Assembly (NCBI GenBank): GCA_002422025.1
Contig: DISV01000005.1
Location: 51,617-115,616 of the forward strand
Length of the DNA stretch: 64,000 bases
DNA from: Patescibacteria group bacterium UBA6201
Lineage (GTDB): Bacteria; Patescibacteriota; Minisyncoccia; Phycocordibacterales; UBA918
Reading direction: 5' to 3'
Below are positions 49,239 to 59,429 of this stretch, piece by piece; position 1 is the first letter of the stretch, and every line of letters starts with the position of its first letter. The position numbers and the translations under genes are program-made. The notes beneath the pieces are model-generated. The model searched no databases, was not told where the DNA came from, and saw only the letters and a program-made list of their open reading frames with translations.

Positions 49239-50039
49239 TCAGGTACTTAGGTCCTTGGTTGTCAGTATAGATTTTTTCAGACGTTTTTTATTTGGACGCA
49301 AGTTACATGTCTTAGACAATTTGTCGATAATGTATTCTTCAGCTTCGTCTACAGAGTCTACGATATGGAAGATATCGAGATCAATCTCGTCAATAGTCTC
49401 ATATTTATTTACCAATTCCTTCTCCATCCATGAGACGAGGGGTTTCCAAAATGCTTGGCCGTATAAGAGTACTGGTACAGCAGTGATTTTTTTTGTTTGA
49501 ATCAGAGTGATGATTTCAAATAATTCGTCCAGCGTTCCAAAGCCTCCAGGGAAATAGACATAGACCTCAGAAGCGTACGCCAGCATAACCTTGCGAGAGA
49601 AGAAGTGGTCAAAGGAGAGAGACTCAGTGGTATACGGGTTGAGGCGCTGCTCCATCGGTAGGCGAATATTGAGACCAACTGAAGTACCTCCAGCCTTAAA
49701 GGCTCCGACGTTGCTGGCCTCCATGATCCCTCCGCCACCACCCGTTACGATGGTGAGGCCGAGTTCGGATAGGCGGGATGCTAACCCCTCGGCCTCATTG
49801 TAGTACTTGTCCCCTGGATGGGTGCGGGCACTTCCCCAGAAGGTAGCGGAAGGCCCAAGCTTTTTAAGCAAATTAAAGCCATTAACAAACTCAGACATTA
49901 TGCTGAATATGCGCCAGCTCTGGTCCTCCGGACGAAGTAGTTCACTAGTCAATCGACAAGTGAGTGGTTCTTCTGACATTTTGGTCTTTTTTTTATCTCT
50001 TCCGTTACCAGACAAGTTTAAAATCAGATCATTGAACAT
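49239..50039 (-). CDS. LOG family (TIGR00730) nucleotide phosphoribohydrolase (start may be 49979)
   Basis: GSAR, TGGGGGIMEA, RKVML, PGGFGTLDELFE. Confidence 0.92.
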   Translation of the reverse strand: MFNDLILNLSGNGRDKKKTKMSEEPLTCRLTSELLRPEDQSWRIFSIMSEFVNGFNLLKKLGPSATFWGSARTHPGDKYYNEAEGLASRLSELGLTIVTGGGGGIMEASNVGAFKAGGTSVGLNIRLPMEQRLNPYTTESLSFDHFFSRKVMLAYASEVYVYFPGGFGTLDELFEIITLIQTKKITAVPVLLYGQAFWKPLVSWMEKELVNKYETIDEIDLDIFHIVDSVDEAEEYIIDKLSKTCNLRPNKKRLKKSILTTKDLST

Positions 50040-50157
50040 TACTATCAGTATAAGGTGTCAGTTGCTAGTTGTCAGTCACCAGTTGTTAGTAGCTGGTTCG
50101 TTCGCGTTTGATTAATTCGAGGTAAATGCTTCTGTGCCATCGCCTCTAAATATGTAA

Positions 50158-50754
50158 CTAAACTTTCCAAGGAATATCGAATTGTTCAAACTCTGGTAGG
50201 AGTTTTTTATCGTACAGGAGTCTCGAAGTAACTTCGGCGTGTGATAAGGCGCCGGTCAAGGCATTGTGTGGCATTGGTTCGCTTGGAATACCACAGTAGT
50301 TTAAGATGGCGTCTAGATCGAGGTTGCTGCGACGATGCTGTGTGTCCACTGGCGCTTTCTCCCCCCTCTTTACTATGTGCATATAGGCCAAGGTGTGGGT
50401 GTCGATGGTGCGGTGTGCGAGGTCCCATGATAACTTGGCGCGCTCTGCTGCGCTTTGGAGGAAGTCGCGATCAAAGGACGGATTCTGTCCGGTGATAGTT
50501 CGGTTACTGAGGTGTTGGCTCCACTCTAGAAATTCAGTGACCAGCTCCGCTTCGCTTTTCTTACTCACATCTTTAGCTTGTTCCTCTGTAAAGCCGTTAA
50601 TAGTTAAAGATTCTTCGCTTATGTGTGCCCCATCCCAGATTCGGCACTCACCATAAAACCGACGCGTCGGGTTTTCTAGATCTAAGGCACCAATCGATAG
50701 AATTGAACACTTTTCGGGGTGGAGGCCACTGGTTTCAACGTCAACAATCAACAT
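50158..50754 (-). CDS. DEDDh 3'-5' exonuclease
   Basis: VDVETSGL, QNPSFDRDFL, IDT, HNALTGA. Confidence 0.88.
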   Translation of the reverse strand: MLIVDVETSGLHPEKCSILSIGALDLENPTRRFYGECRIWDGAHISEESLTINGFTEEQAKDVSKKSEAELVTEFLEWSQHLSNRTITGQNPSFDRDFLQSAAERAKLSWDLAHRTIDTHTLAYMHIVKRGEKAPVDTQHRRSNLDLDAILNYCGIPSEPMPHNALTGALSHAEVTSRLLYDKKLLPEFEQFDIPWKV

Positions 50755-50757
50755 AAT

Positions 50758-51528
50758 TTATTCTATATCAATTTCTACCCCCATTTCGACATCTGTAGCA
50801 CTTTTTACACGAGTGAATCGCAGTGCTCCACCACGGTCCATATAGATTAGTTCCAACTCTTCAGGAGTAACTTTAGTAAGTTTGTAATACATAACCTCGG
50901 ATGCTCCGATGTCAGTAGCAATCTTTAGGTAAGCAGTATTTGCTTCTAGTGAAAAAGGTGTCTCAACATCAGAATCCATTGTGAAGATCAACCAACTACC
51001 AACTGTATCGTCACTACCTTCGTATGAGTCAGTTACTGTTCCGTCGGCTTTGAATTCACGTGTGAACTTATCGTCATCAACGCTCTGCCACTCACCCTCT
51101 ATAGTCTTTGCAGCTTCGAGAATTAAGTTTGTCTCTTCGACATCACCTTCGCCCATATCACCGAAGTTGTATGGAGCGTTATTTGCGTCAAATGGCTGAG
51201 TACAGCTGGTAGTGATACCGGTGCGAGAATTAGTGATAGTTACTTTTTCACCTGCGAAAGTGTATGTATAGTCCCCACTCTCATATATATAAGAATCAGA
51301 ACCGGCTAATCGCACCGCAGTGCGAGTAATTATTCCGTCTACTACGATATCGACGCGTGAGAAGTCAGGACTAAATTCAGCTGAGAAGTATGAATTGTCC
51401 GCGCACATAAAGGAGATGCCGTCTCCTGTCATCGGAACACTATTGTCATCCATGGTCTTTGTGTAGACGACATAGCCGGCGATGGCTAACACTACCAACA
51501 TCACGCCGAGGAAAAGTTTAGTTGACAT
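50758..51528 (-). CDS. Membrane-anchored hypothetical protein (MliC-like plus lipocalin-like regions)
   Basis: N-terminal TM; F.CAD...C pair; EGEWQSVDD..FTREF..DG. Confidence 0.6.
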   Translation of the reverse strand: MSTKLFLGVMLVVLAIAGYVVYTKTMDDNSVPMTGDGISFMCADNSYFSAEFSPDFSRVDIVVDGIITRTAVRLAGSDSYIYESGDYTYTFAGEKVTITNSRTGITTSCTQPFDANNAPYNFGDMGEGDVEETNLILEAAKTIEGEWQSVDDDKFTREFKADGTVTDSYEGSDDTVGSWLIFTMDSDVETPFSLEANTAYLKIATDIGASEVMYYKLTKVTPEELELIYMDRGGALRFTRVKSATDVEMGVEIDIE

Positions 51529-51636
51529 AAAATAGATTGAGTTGTTTTGTTAAACTTAAATCTATTGTACTCTTGCCGTCTTGAATATAAAAGCCCCACA
51601 ACCTTGTGGTTGTGGGGCCCTTTTTTGTCTTGGCGA

Positions 51637-51807
51637 TCACGTGAAGTACTTAATCGCGATGAGGATGATGGCGATGACTAGGCCGCCAATCAGCTTAAGT
51701 ATTGGTGTCCAGTTGCTGGTCTGTTCAGTCGAGGGGTCGGTGTAGTCGTCCAGGGAGTATTCATTTCTGGGAATCCCTCTGGCAGCTTTTTCTATATTGT
51801 TCTCCAT
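51637..51807 (-). CDS. Small hypothetical protein with C-terminal TM
   Basis: MENNIEK...LIGGLVIAIILIAIKYFT; GGAGAAAGGA upstream of ATG 51807. Confidence 0.55.
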   Translation of the reverse strand: MENNIEKAARGIPRNEYSLDDYTDPSTEQTSNWTPILKLIGGLVIAIILIAIKYFT

Positions 51808-51849
51808 AGTCCTTTCTCCAGTTGCATACCGATGCCATTCTGCCACCAA

Positions 51850-52254
51850 TTATATCCCTTTGCAATTAGCGGCGGGGCGGAGCCCGGCCGCCTCCGCCTC
51901 CTCTTTGGTTTTAAAGGTAATCATATTGGCTTCAGATATTCGTTTAGCTCCCGCGCAATGCGGTAGATGATAGACCTCCCCATTACGGGAGGCGACGTAG
52001 TAGGTGGATAAGGTTCCTGTGGTGGGTGCGGTAGATGCGGAATTTGTCCTTTCCTCCCCCTTTACCCCGTTACCTATCTCTAGAGCAGCGGGAGCAACCG
52101 CTTCTTGCACCACCTGCTCCACTGATTGTCTACCTAACCCAAAGGCGGTTAAAGCCACTAGTACCAATAGGATTGATGAAAAGACCTGGGGCTCGGCAAG
52201 GTAGACCTTGACCCGCACACCCACTTCTCTGATGTTTTGCTGAAGATTTTGCAT
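51850..52254 (-). CDS. Membrane protein with Ada-like metal-binding domain
   Basis: YVASRNGEVYHLPHC..AKRI...F.TKEEAEAAGLRPAANC. Confidence 0.8.
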   Translation of the reverse strand: MQNLQQNIREVGVRVKVYLAEPQVFSSILLVLVALTAFGLGRQSVEQVVQEAVAPAALEIGNGVKGEERTNSASTAPTTGTLSTYYVASRNGEVYHLPHCAGAKRISEANMITFKTKEEAEAAGLRPAANCKGI

Positions 52255-52429
52255 ACTCTAGCCGTTTAATTATGGATAAGTACAGTTCCTAGCTCTATAA
52301 GTGACAAGATACGGCAAAACTGAAGCCTCAGAGAAACGGGTGTGGGGGTTGATTTTTTCTCTTATTTCTTGTAGGATAGCGCTCATTGCATTGGGTTTTA
52401 TCGCCCACCAATTATATCAATAAGACAGT

Positions 52430-52705
52430 ATGGCAACTAAAAAATCAGCTGGTACAGCTAAAAACCTGCGCGACTCCCAACCAAAATATTTGGGGGTTAA
52501 GCGTGGGGACGGCCAAGCCGTGAATGTAGGACAGGTTATTGTGCGTCAGCGCGGTACTAAAATTGAACCCGGAAAGAATGTTAAGGCTGGTCGCGACCAT
52601 ACTATTTTTGCTATGAAGGATGGAAAGGTCTCTTTCCGTGAGTCCCGCAAGGTTCGCTTTGATGGACAAGTAGTAACCAAAAAGACTGTTGACGTCCTCG
52701 CCTAA
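52430..52705 (+). CDS. rpmA: 50S ribosomal protein L27
   Basis: [37 protein letters not shown]. Confidence 0.97.
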   Translation: MATKKSAGTAKNLRDSQPKYLGVKRGDGQAVNVGQVIVRQRGTKIEPGKNVKAGRDHTIFAMKDGKVSFRESRKVRFDGQVVTKKTVDVLA

Positions 52706-52799
52706 CTTTTATGATCAAGAGGAAATAAGAAAAGGCGCGCCAACGGCGCGCCTTTTCTTATTTTGTCCTGTCTAAGTACTAAGTGCCAAGCGCTAAGTA

Positions 52800-53519
52800 C
52801 TATTTACTAACAATCACAATTGATTCAATCACTACAGGTGTTACAGGAATGTCTCTAGCCTTAGTTTCTACTTGTCCGATAGTATCCACGATGTCCATTC
52901 CCTTGGATACACGACCAAATACAGGGTGTTTGGAAGACAGTGGTGGCTTATTGAAATCTAGGCCAGTGTTGTCGACTAGGTTAATAAACCATTGACTGCC
53001 ACCAGAATTTGGCTGACCAGTGTTGGCCATAGCAATAGTGCCTCGGGTATTGCTGAGAAGTTCCCCTTCGACAAATTCGTCAGCGACATTTTCCTCTGGA
53101 CCACCAGTACCATAAATTGACTCATCACTTCCCTTTGAGTTGGGGTCACCACCTTGAATCATGAAGCCTTCAATGACACGGTGAAATTTTGTCTGGTCGT
53201 AAAAGCCTGACTCGGCTAGTTTAATGAAGTTGCTGGTAGTAATCGGCATCTGATCTTCAAAAAGTTCTAGTTCGATTACACCCATATTGGTAGTGATAAC
53301 AGCTGTTCTATTCATATCATTAGTGATTACTGGATTATTAACTTTTTGTTCTTCGGCGGTTAGTGGCCCTGATACTTCTTCATTACTAGAGAGGTCGAGC
53401 TCCCCAGTGTTCGTCCCGGTAGTGGACTGCCAGTAGATTAAAAGTCCTAAGACAAGGGCAGACGCAACTATAGTGATAATTATCAAATTCAATCCTTTCA
53501 ATCCTTTCAATCCTTTCAT
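52800..53519 (-). CDS. Cyclophilin-type peptidyl-prolyl isomerase with N-terminal TM
   Basis: FHRVIEGFMIQGGDP, GTIAMANTGQPNSGGSQWFIN, HPVFG. Confidence 0.94.
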   Translation of the reverse strand: MKGLKGLKGLNLIIITIVASALVLGLLIYWQSTTGTNTGELDLSSNEEVSGPLTAEEQKVNNPVITNDMNRTAVITTNMGVIELELFEDQMPITTSNFIKLAESGFYDQTKFHRVIEGFMIQGGDPNSKGSDESIYGTGGPEENVADEFVEGELLSNTRGTIAMANTGQPNSGGSQWFINLVDNTGLDFNKPPLSSKHPVFGRVSKGMDIVDTIGQVETKARDIPVTPVVIESIVIVSK

Positions 53520-53563
53520 ATTTTAATTTTAGGTTAAAGTCTCAAGGCCTGTACTAATTACAC

Positions 53564-53998
53564 TCACTCAATATTAATTTTAAAAGTCGCGCGATTCTCT
53601 CCTTGGACCAATTCGACCTCATGTTCTCCTGTGGTCTTGATCGGAGTGGCTATCTTGATCATACTTTTCTCAACCACTATTCCTTGCTCCAAGGCGGCAG
53701 CAACTACCCCTTCCGGTTTGATAGCTGCAAAAAGGTGCCCCTTATCGTTCTTGTGGTTTTTAAGAACCAAGGTAGATTCCGACAAGGCCTTCTTAGCTGC
53801 AAAAAATCTTTCCGCAGCTACGCTTTGTTTGACGCCTTTTTCAACTTGAATCTGTTCGATTTGTTTAAGGTTATCCTTTGTTGCTGGTTTGGCCCATCCT
53901 TTAGGGATTAGCTTATTTTGACCAAAGCCATCGGGCACATTGACTACTTCATGCTTACGGCCGATCTTGGCCACATCTTGTAACAGAATGACTTTCAT
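53564..53998 (-). CDS. rplI: 50S ribosomal protein L9
   Basis: MKVILLQDVAKIG..V.DGFG.N.LIPKG.A, GHLFA, PIKTTGEH. Confidence 0.95.
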   Translation of the reverse strand: MKVILLQDVAKIGRKHEVVNVPDGFGQNKLIPKGWAKPATKDNLKQIEQIQVEKGVKQSVAAERFFAAKKALSESTLVLKNHKNDKGHLFAAIKPEGVVAAALEQGIVVEKSMIKIATPIKTTGEHEVELVQGENRATFKINIE

Positions 53999-54120
53999 GC
54001 CGTTAGAGATAGGAAACCCTCAGGTTTCCGTTACTTAGGTAGCTGATAACACTTCGACCGTCTTTTGAAATAAGGGTCTGTAAGAACACACTTAGGTCAA
54101 CTCCATCATCTCTAACGGTA
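53999..54120 (-). mobile_element. 122-bp start-codon-inserted element (copy 3) at rplI
   Basis: Minus strand reads ATGAA|TACCGTTAGAGAT...ATCTCTAACGGC|ATGAA; TTCAT at 53994-53998 and 54121-54125. Confidence 0.72.
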
Positions 54121-54149
54121 TTCATAGGCCTCCTAATATACCTTAAATC

Positions 54150-55445
54150 TTACAACCTGACACCTAATACTTCTCCAATGGTTTTGTCGCCCCCTAGCCA
54201 CTTCAAAGCCGCTTCCATTTGCTTGTCCTCACCAGCCATCATTTCTTGTGGGGTTCGAGGAATGTAGACATTTGGTTCGAGACCTCCTTCTGAGAAAGAT
54301 ATTCCTTCTGGAGTGAGCCATCTTGCTATGGTGACTTTAAGGGCACTCTTGTCGGGTAGGCTAACTAATTCCTGTACTGAGCCCTTACCAAAGGTAGTGT
54401 CACCGATGGTAGTGGCGATATTGTGTTCCGAAAGAGCACCAGCCAAAATCTCTGAAGCAGACGCCGATCCGCCATCAATCAACACAACGAAGTTGTCTGG
54501 ATTCAAATTAAATATCCTCTGTCCTTGGGTGCGGTAAACGTCTTCCTCTTTACCTTCACCGTAGTGTTCGCGCACTACAACTTTGCCGGCTGGTAGGAAG
54601 TAACCAGCGATAGCCACAGCGCTTTCAAGGAAGCCACCAGGATTACCACGCAAATCTAGAATGAGGTTAGTTTTTCCACTTTGTTCAAATGCGACTATCG
54701 CTTCACGCATCTTTGATTCGGAGATACCGTTAAAGCTGTATAGTTTGATAATAAAGGTGTCATTTTTTTCCTCAGTATCTAGTGTTGGAATATTTATAAC
54801 CTGACGGACAATCTTTTTCTCAAGTAGTTCGGTTTCACCTTCGCGATAGACCATTAATGTGACTTCGGTCCCGGCTTCACCACGGATTAGGCGCACTGCC
54901 TCATCTACATTCATACGATCAGTTGAGGTGTCATCAATCCGTGTAATTACGTCGCCAGTCTGGATACCAGCAGCAAGGGCTGGAGATTCAGGTAACGGGG
55001 CGATAATAGTAATTAGGCCTTCACGGAGTCCAACCTCCATTCCAACACCGCTAAAATTACCAGAGATATCTTCTGCAAAATAAGAAGCGTCTTCAGGTGG
55101 CATGTAGACGGTATATGGGTCACCGTAACTGTCTACCATTCCTGCGATGGCTCCGCGTAGTCGGTCAGTTTGGTTAGGAGTACTGGTCGAGGAAGTGGTA
55201 ACAAACTTCTCATCTAAGAGATTCCAGACGCGCCAAAATTCACCGAGATCTGCCTCATCATCGGGCTTTTCTTTAGGATAGAGAAAACTGAATATACTGG
55301 CCTCAAGGGGTGATCCCTCCCCCATTCCACCTTGTCCGAACTGCACTCCTGAAAAAAAGGCAGCTACAGCCAACATGGCAGCTAATCCAACTCCTAATAG
55401 CTTTCCGTTATTCTTGGGATTCTTAGTTGTCTGTTCATTTTGCAT
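54150..55445 (-). CDS. C-terminal processing protease (S41, PDZ)
   Basis: GDPYT, FSGVG, LDLRGNPGG, SASASEILAGAL, TFGKGSVQ, TIARWLTP. Confidence 0.94.
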   Translation of the reverse strand: MQNEQTTKNPKNNGKLLGVGLAAMLAVAAFFSGVQFGQGGMGEGSPLEASIFSFLYPKEKPDDEADLGEFWRVWNLLDEKFVTTSSTSTPNQTDRLRGAIAGMVDSYGDPYTVYMPPEDASYFAEDISGNFSGVGMEVGLREGLITIIAPLPESPALAAGIQTGDVITRIDDTSTDRMNVDEAVRLIRGEAGTEVTLMVYREGETELLEKKIVRQVINIPTLDTEEKNDTFIIKLYSFNGISESKMREAIVAFEQSGKTNLILDLRGNPGGFLESAVAIAGYFLPAGKVVVREHYGEGKEEDVYRTQGQRIFNLNPDNFVVLIDGGSASASEILAGALSEHNIATTIGDTTFGKGSVQELVSLPDKSALKVTIARWLTPEGISFSEGGLEPNVYIPRTPQEMMAGEDKQMEAALKWLGGDKTIGEVLGVRL

Positions 55446-55565
55446 GGGGCTATTATCGCACACCGTTTTCTATATCGGAAATGGTAAAAATAGTTTTGTC
55501 CTCTTACTTATAAACTCCATCTATTAACGTTTCTGCTAGTCTTATATTCTGTTAGAATGGTCCTA

Positions 55566-57011
55566 ATGTTACGTTTATTCAAACGCCCGTCCATTCGTGA
55601 ACCAATTTTTCTCTATAACACCGCCACGCGGAAAAAAGAGGAATTCACTTCACTTAAGAAGGGTTGGGTCACAATGTATAGTTGTGGGCCGACAGTTTAT
55701 GATCATATCCATATTGGCAACCTACGCGCCTATCTCTTACCTGATCTTTTGACGCGACTCTTTCTTTATAATGGTTACCGAGTTAACTCGACTATCAACT
55801 TCACTGATTTTGGTCACCTGACCGATGACGCCGACGCGGGCGAGGATAAGATGATGAAAGGTATGAAGCGTGAGGGTTATGAGATCACGCTAGACAATAT
55901 GCGCGTGTTTGCTGAACCATACATTGAATCGTTCAAAGAAGATAATCTGATGTTCGGTAATCGCCCCCCTACCCAATACTCTCGTGCTAGCGATTATGTG
56001 AAGGAACAAATCGCGCTAATAAGGACACTTGAAGAAAAAGGTTACGCCTACCGTACGAAAGACGGACTCTACTTCGATATTTCTAAGTTCCCCTCATATG
56101 GGAAGCTCGGTAATGTTGATATTGAGAAAATGAAGGCTGGCGCACGAGTCGAGGTCAATAAAGAAAAACATCATCCAGCTGACTTTGCACTTTGGAAGCT
56201 CGCTGACCTTGGTTGGGAGAGTCGTTGGGGAAAAGGTTTTCCTGGCTGGCACATCGAGTGCACGGCGATGGCTTTTGCCACTCTTGGTAAGCAGATTGAC
56301 GTTCATACTGGTGGTGAGGACTTGCAGTACACGCATCATAACGGTGAGATAGCTCAAGCTGAGGCAGTGACTGGTAAGGAGTATGTCGGCTATTGGCTCC
56401 ATAACGCTCATATTACGATTGATAATATGAAGATTGCTAAGTCACTGGGTAATGGAATACGCCTCAAACACTTGGCTGACCGCGGGTTTTCCCCTACTGT
56501 CTATCGTTACTGGTTATTACAGAGTCATTATCGATCTGGTGCTAATTTCACCTGGGAGGCTATGTCAGCCTCAAAGAACGCTTTGACTCGTCTGTATCGG
56601 CTGGTTTATGAAGAGTTGGTGGAATTACGCCCAGGAATGGTTAATGAGGATTATGAGCGACGGTTCTTACAAGCTCTCTCGGATGATCTCGATACCCCAC
56701 GTGCCCTCTCTATACTCTGGGAATTAGCAAAAGATACTAGTGTGCCACCAAAAGAAAAACTTGCGACCATTCATGCTTTTGATTCCCTGCTCGCTATTGG
56801 ACTATCTAAAACACCAGACGAAGGACGTCATGTACTCGGAGTGGTGGAAGTGGAGGATGTGCCAGCTATAGTGCGGGAGCAAAATGCTCGTCGTGAAGAG
56901 GCCCGTGCGATTAAAGACTTTACTCTCGCTGACCAACTCCGTGAAGAAATCAGAAAAAATGGCTACGAAGTGAAGGATACTCCAGAAGGACCCCAGTTAA
57001 CTAAGGTGTAG
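55566..57011 (+). CDS. cysS: Cysteine--tRNA ligase
   Basis: [50 protein letters not shown]. Confidence 0.96.
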   Translation: MLRLFKRPSIREPIFLYNTATRKKEEFTSLKKGWVTMYSCGPTVYDHIHIGNLRAYLLPDLLTRLFLYNGYRVNSTINFTDFGHLTDDADAGEDKMMKGMKREGYEITLDNMRVFAEPYIESFKEDNLMFGNRPPTQYSRASDYVKEQIALIRTLEEKGYAYRTKDGLYFDISKFPSYGKLGNVDIEKMKAGARVEVNKEKHHPADFALWKLADLGWESRWGKGFPGWHIECTAMAFATLGKQIDVHTGGEDLQYTHHNGEIAQAEAVTGKEYVGYWLHNAHITIDNMKIAKSLGNGIRLKHLADRGFSPTVYRYWLLQSHYRSGANFTWEAMSASKNALTRLYRLVYEELVELRPGMVNEDYERRFLQALSDDLDTPRALSILWELAKDTSVPPKEKLATIHAFDSLLAIGLSKTPDEGRHVLGVVEVEDVPAIVREQNARREEARAIKDFTLADQLREEIRKNGYEVKDTPEGPQLTKV

Positions 57012-57136
57012 AAATGAGTAATCGGGGTTCAGAAACGGCTGCCTAGAGGGCGCCGTTTATAGCTATCCCCACTATCCACTTAGTCCACAATCTCCTCTCT
57101 TAAACGTCAATCGACAGTCGGTGCTAAAATAGACAA

Positions 57137-58513
57137 ATGGTTGATCTAAATAAAAGTTTGCGCGTCCCCCCACATAACGTTGAGGCTGAGCGGGCACTCC
57201 TTGGTGCTGTCATACTAAAGCCAGAAACTATCCACGATGTGTCCGCTATCGTTTATCCAGAAAGTTTTTACGCCGACAAACATCGGGAAATCTTTCGTGC
57301 CATTTTTGAAATCTTCGCTAAAGGCGATCCTATCGATTTACTGTCTGTATCAACTCGACTTAAACATAATGGTCAGATAGAGAGAGTTGGTGGGGCTGCA
57401 TACTTAACCGAACTAATCGAAACTGTGCCGGCCGCTGGTAATGCTATCTACTACGCCACTGAGGTCCAGAACAAAGCGAGCTTGCGTGGACTCATTCATG
57501 CTGGCGACGATATTGCAGAACTCGGCTACTCTAACCCAGACAACATAGACGCAACCTTGGACCAAGCAGAAAAGAAAGTTTATGAAGTTACCAACCAGAC
57601 AACACTTCAAAAATTCATCACCATTAGTTCAGCATTGACCGAAGCTTGGGAGCGCTTCGAACACTTGAGTGAAAACCATGATGATATTCGTGGTGTACCG
57701 ACTGGTTTTGCGGGGATAGATAATCTTTTAGCCGGTCTCCAGAAGTCTGACCTTGTCATTTTGGCTGCCCGCCCGTCTATGGGTAAGACTACTTTCGCTC
57801 TAGATCTCGCGCGTAACGCTGCTGTTAAATATAAAAAGTCAGTCGGTATCTTTTCACTCGAAATGAGTTCTCAGCAGCTCGTCGACCGTATGCTCGCCTC
57901 TGAGGCGGGTGTGGACTCTTGGAAGCTTCGTACCGGTAAGCTCAAGAGCGATCAGGAATTCGAAGCGGTGCAGGCGGCAATGACACGCCTCTCTGAAGCG
58001 TCTATTCACATCGACGATCAGCCTGGTACTAATATCTTGAAGATGCGTTCTTCTGCCAGACGTCTTCATCACGAGCATGGTCTCGATTTGCTGATTGTCG
58101 ACTACCTCCAGCTGATGTCTCCTACTAACACCAAGGCTTCAGACTCAATGACACAACAAGTGACCGAAATATCACGTTCCTTGAAGATTCTCGCGCGCGA
58201 ACTCGATGTGCCGGTCCTGGCACTCTCTCAGTTGTCTCGTGCGGTTGAGCAGCGTGGCGGACGGCCGCGACTTTCCGACCTTCGTGACTCCGGTTCTATT
58301 GAGCAAGACGCCGACGTCGTGATGTTTATCCACCGTGAGGATAAACTTAATAAAGAATCTGATCGGCCAAATATCGCTGAGATATTGGTGGAGAAGCACC
58401 GTAACGGTCCGGTGGGAATGGCTGAGCTCTACTTCGACGAGAAGCATGTACGCTTCCTTGATATCGACAAACAACACTCTAATGCCGTGATGGCATCAAC
58501 TGAAGACTTTTAA
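57137..58513 (+). CDS. dnaB: Replicative DNA helicase
   Basis: PPHNVEAE, AARPSMGKT, FSLEMS, VDYLQL, LSQLSR, SDLRDSGSIEQDAD, KHRNGP. Confidence 0.98.
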   Translation: MVDLNKSLRVPPHNVEAERALLGAVILKPETIHDVSAIVYPESFYADKHREIFRAIFEIFAKGDPIDLLSVSTRLKHNGQIERVGGAAYLTELIETVPAAGNAIYYATEVQNKASLRGLIHAGDDIAELGYSNPDNIDATLDQAEKKVYEVTNQTTLQKFITISSALTEAWERFEHLSENHDDIRGVPTGFAGIDNLLAGLQKSDLVILAARPSMGKTTFALDLARNAAVKYKKSVGIFSLEMSSQQLVDRMLASEAGVDSWKLRTGKLKSDQEFEAVQAAMTRLSEASIHIDDQPGTNILKMRSSARRLHHEHGLDLLIVDYLQLMSPTNTKASDSMTQQVTEISRSLKILARELDVPVLALSQLSRAVEQRGGRPRLSDLRDSGSIEQDADVVMFIHREDKLNKESDRPNIAEILVEKHRNGPVGMAELYFDEKHVRFLDIDKQHSNAVMASTEDF

Positions 58514-58541
58514 TAAACTAGTTTAACTAGTTAAACTTTGT

Positions 58542-59159
58542 ATGAATCCTCTCGATCAACTTATTGCTTATTTTGAAAACTTTCCCGGCATCGGTGCGCG
58601 CCAAGCTCGGCGCTTTGCTTTTCATATTCTCACGATGACTCCGGAGGAGACCAAAGAGTTTTCCACGCTTGTTAGTGGGCTTCAAGATAGTGTCACTGAG
58701 TGCGCTTCCTGTCGCCGCTTTTTTGCAAAAAACGATGGCCATAGTGACATCTGCGAACTCTGTGCTAGTCCTTCTCGTGACAACTCAAAACTATTGGTAG
58801 TCGAGCGTGACACTGATATTCGCTCAATCGAACGCTCCGGTGTTTACAGTGGTCTATACTTTGTACTCGGTGGCACTGTTCCTCTCCTTGAGTCACGGGA
58901 GAATAAAAAACTTCGTGGCGGTGGATTTAAACGTATCATTGAAGCCAGGCTCGGTGCCGGCTTGAGTGAAGTGATACTAGGCTTTTCTGTCAATCCTGAC
59001 GGTGAAAATACTGGTCGTTTCGTCGAATCTATTATTCGTGAGATTGAAGGATCGGATAAGATAAAGGTTTCTCACTTAGGCCGTGGCCTTTCCACTGGGA
59101 GTGAGCTTGAATACGCTGACCCCGAGACTCTCAAGAATGCCTTGCAAAATCGGTATTAA
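58542..59159 (+). CDS. recR: Recombination mediator RecR
   Basis: FPGIGARQARR, C4 zinc finger, VVE, YFVLGG, G.ELEYAD. Confidence 0.95.
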   Translation: MNPLDQLIAYFENFPGIGARQARRFAFHILTMTPEETKEFSTLVSGLQDSVTECASCRRFFAKNDGHSDICELCASPSRDNSKLLVVERDTDIRSIERSGVYSGLYFVLGGTVPLLESRENKKLRGGGFKRIIEARLGAGLSEVILGFSVNPDGENTGRFVESIIREIEGSDKIKVSHLGRGLSTGSELEYADPETLKNALQNRY

Positions 59160-59219
59160 TGTGTTATATTTACAAGCAGACAGGGAGACTATCATCATGA
59201 ACTAAGAAAGGAATTTCTT

Positions 59220-59429
59220 TTGATGAAAAAGTCTTACGAACTACCACAAAAACAATATGCCTTTCTCCAGTCGGTGAAATCCCAACTGGGTTGGGTCACT
59301 CACTCCATAGTGTCACAGGCACTGTGTAGCGAAGGTCCGATATTCCGCTCCCTCCTTCGTTTCGAAGGAGAAGAGAAAATCATTCAGGATCTCGCCAATC
59401 AACACAATGTGTCAGTCATTTTCGAATGA
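59220..59429 (+). CDS. Small hypothetical protein
   Basis: TGTTATATT -10, AAGGAA upstream, GC hairpin plus T tract downstream. Confidence 0.55.
   Translation: MMKKSYELPQKQYAFLQSVKSQLGWVTHSIVSQALCSEGPIFRSLLRFEGEEKIIQDLANQHNVSVIFE

Noticed and set aside
48811-49500. 229-aa plus-strand ORF
   Set aside because: Antisense to the SIS and LOG genes, with no recognisable motif.
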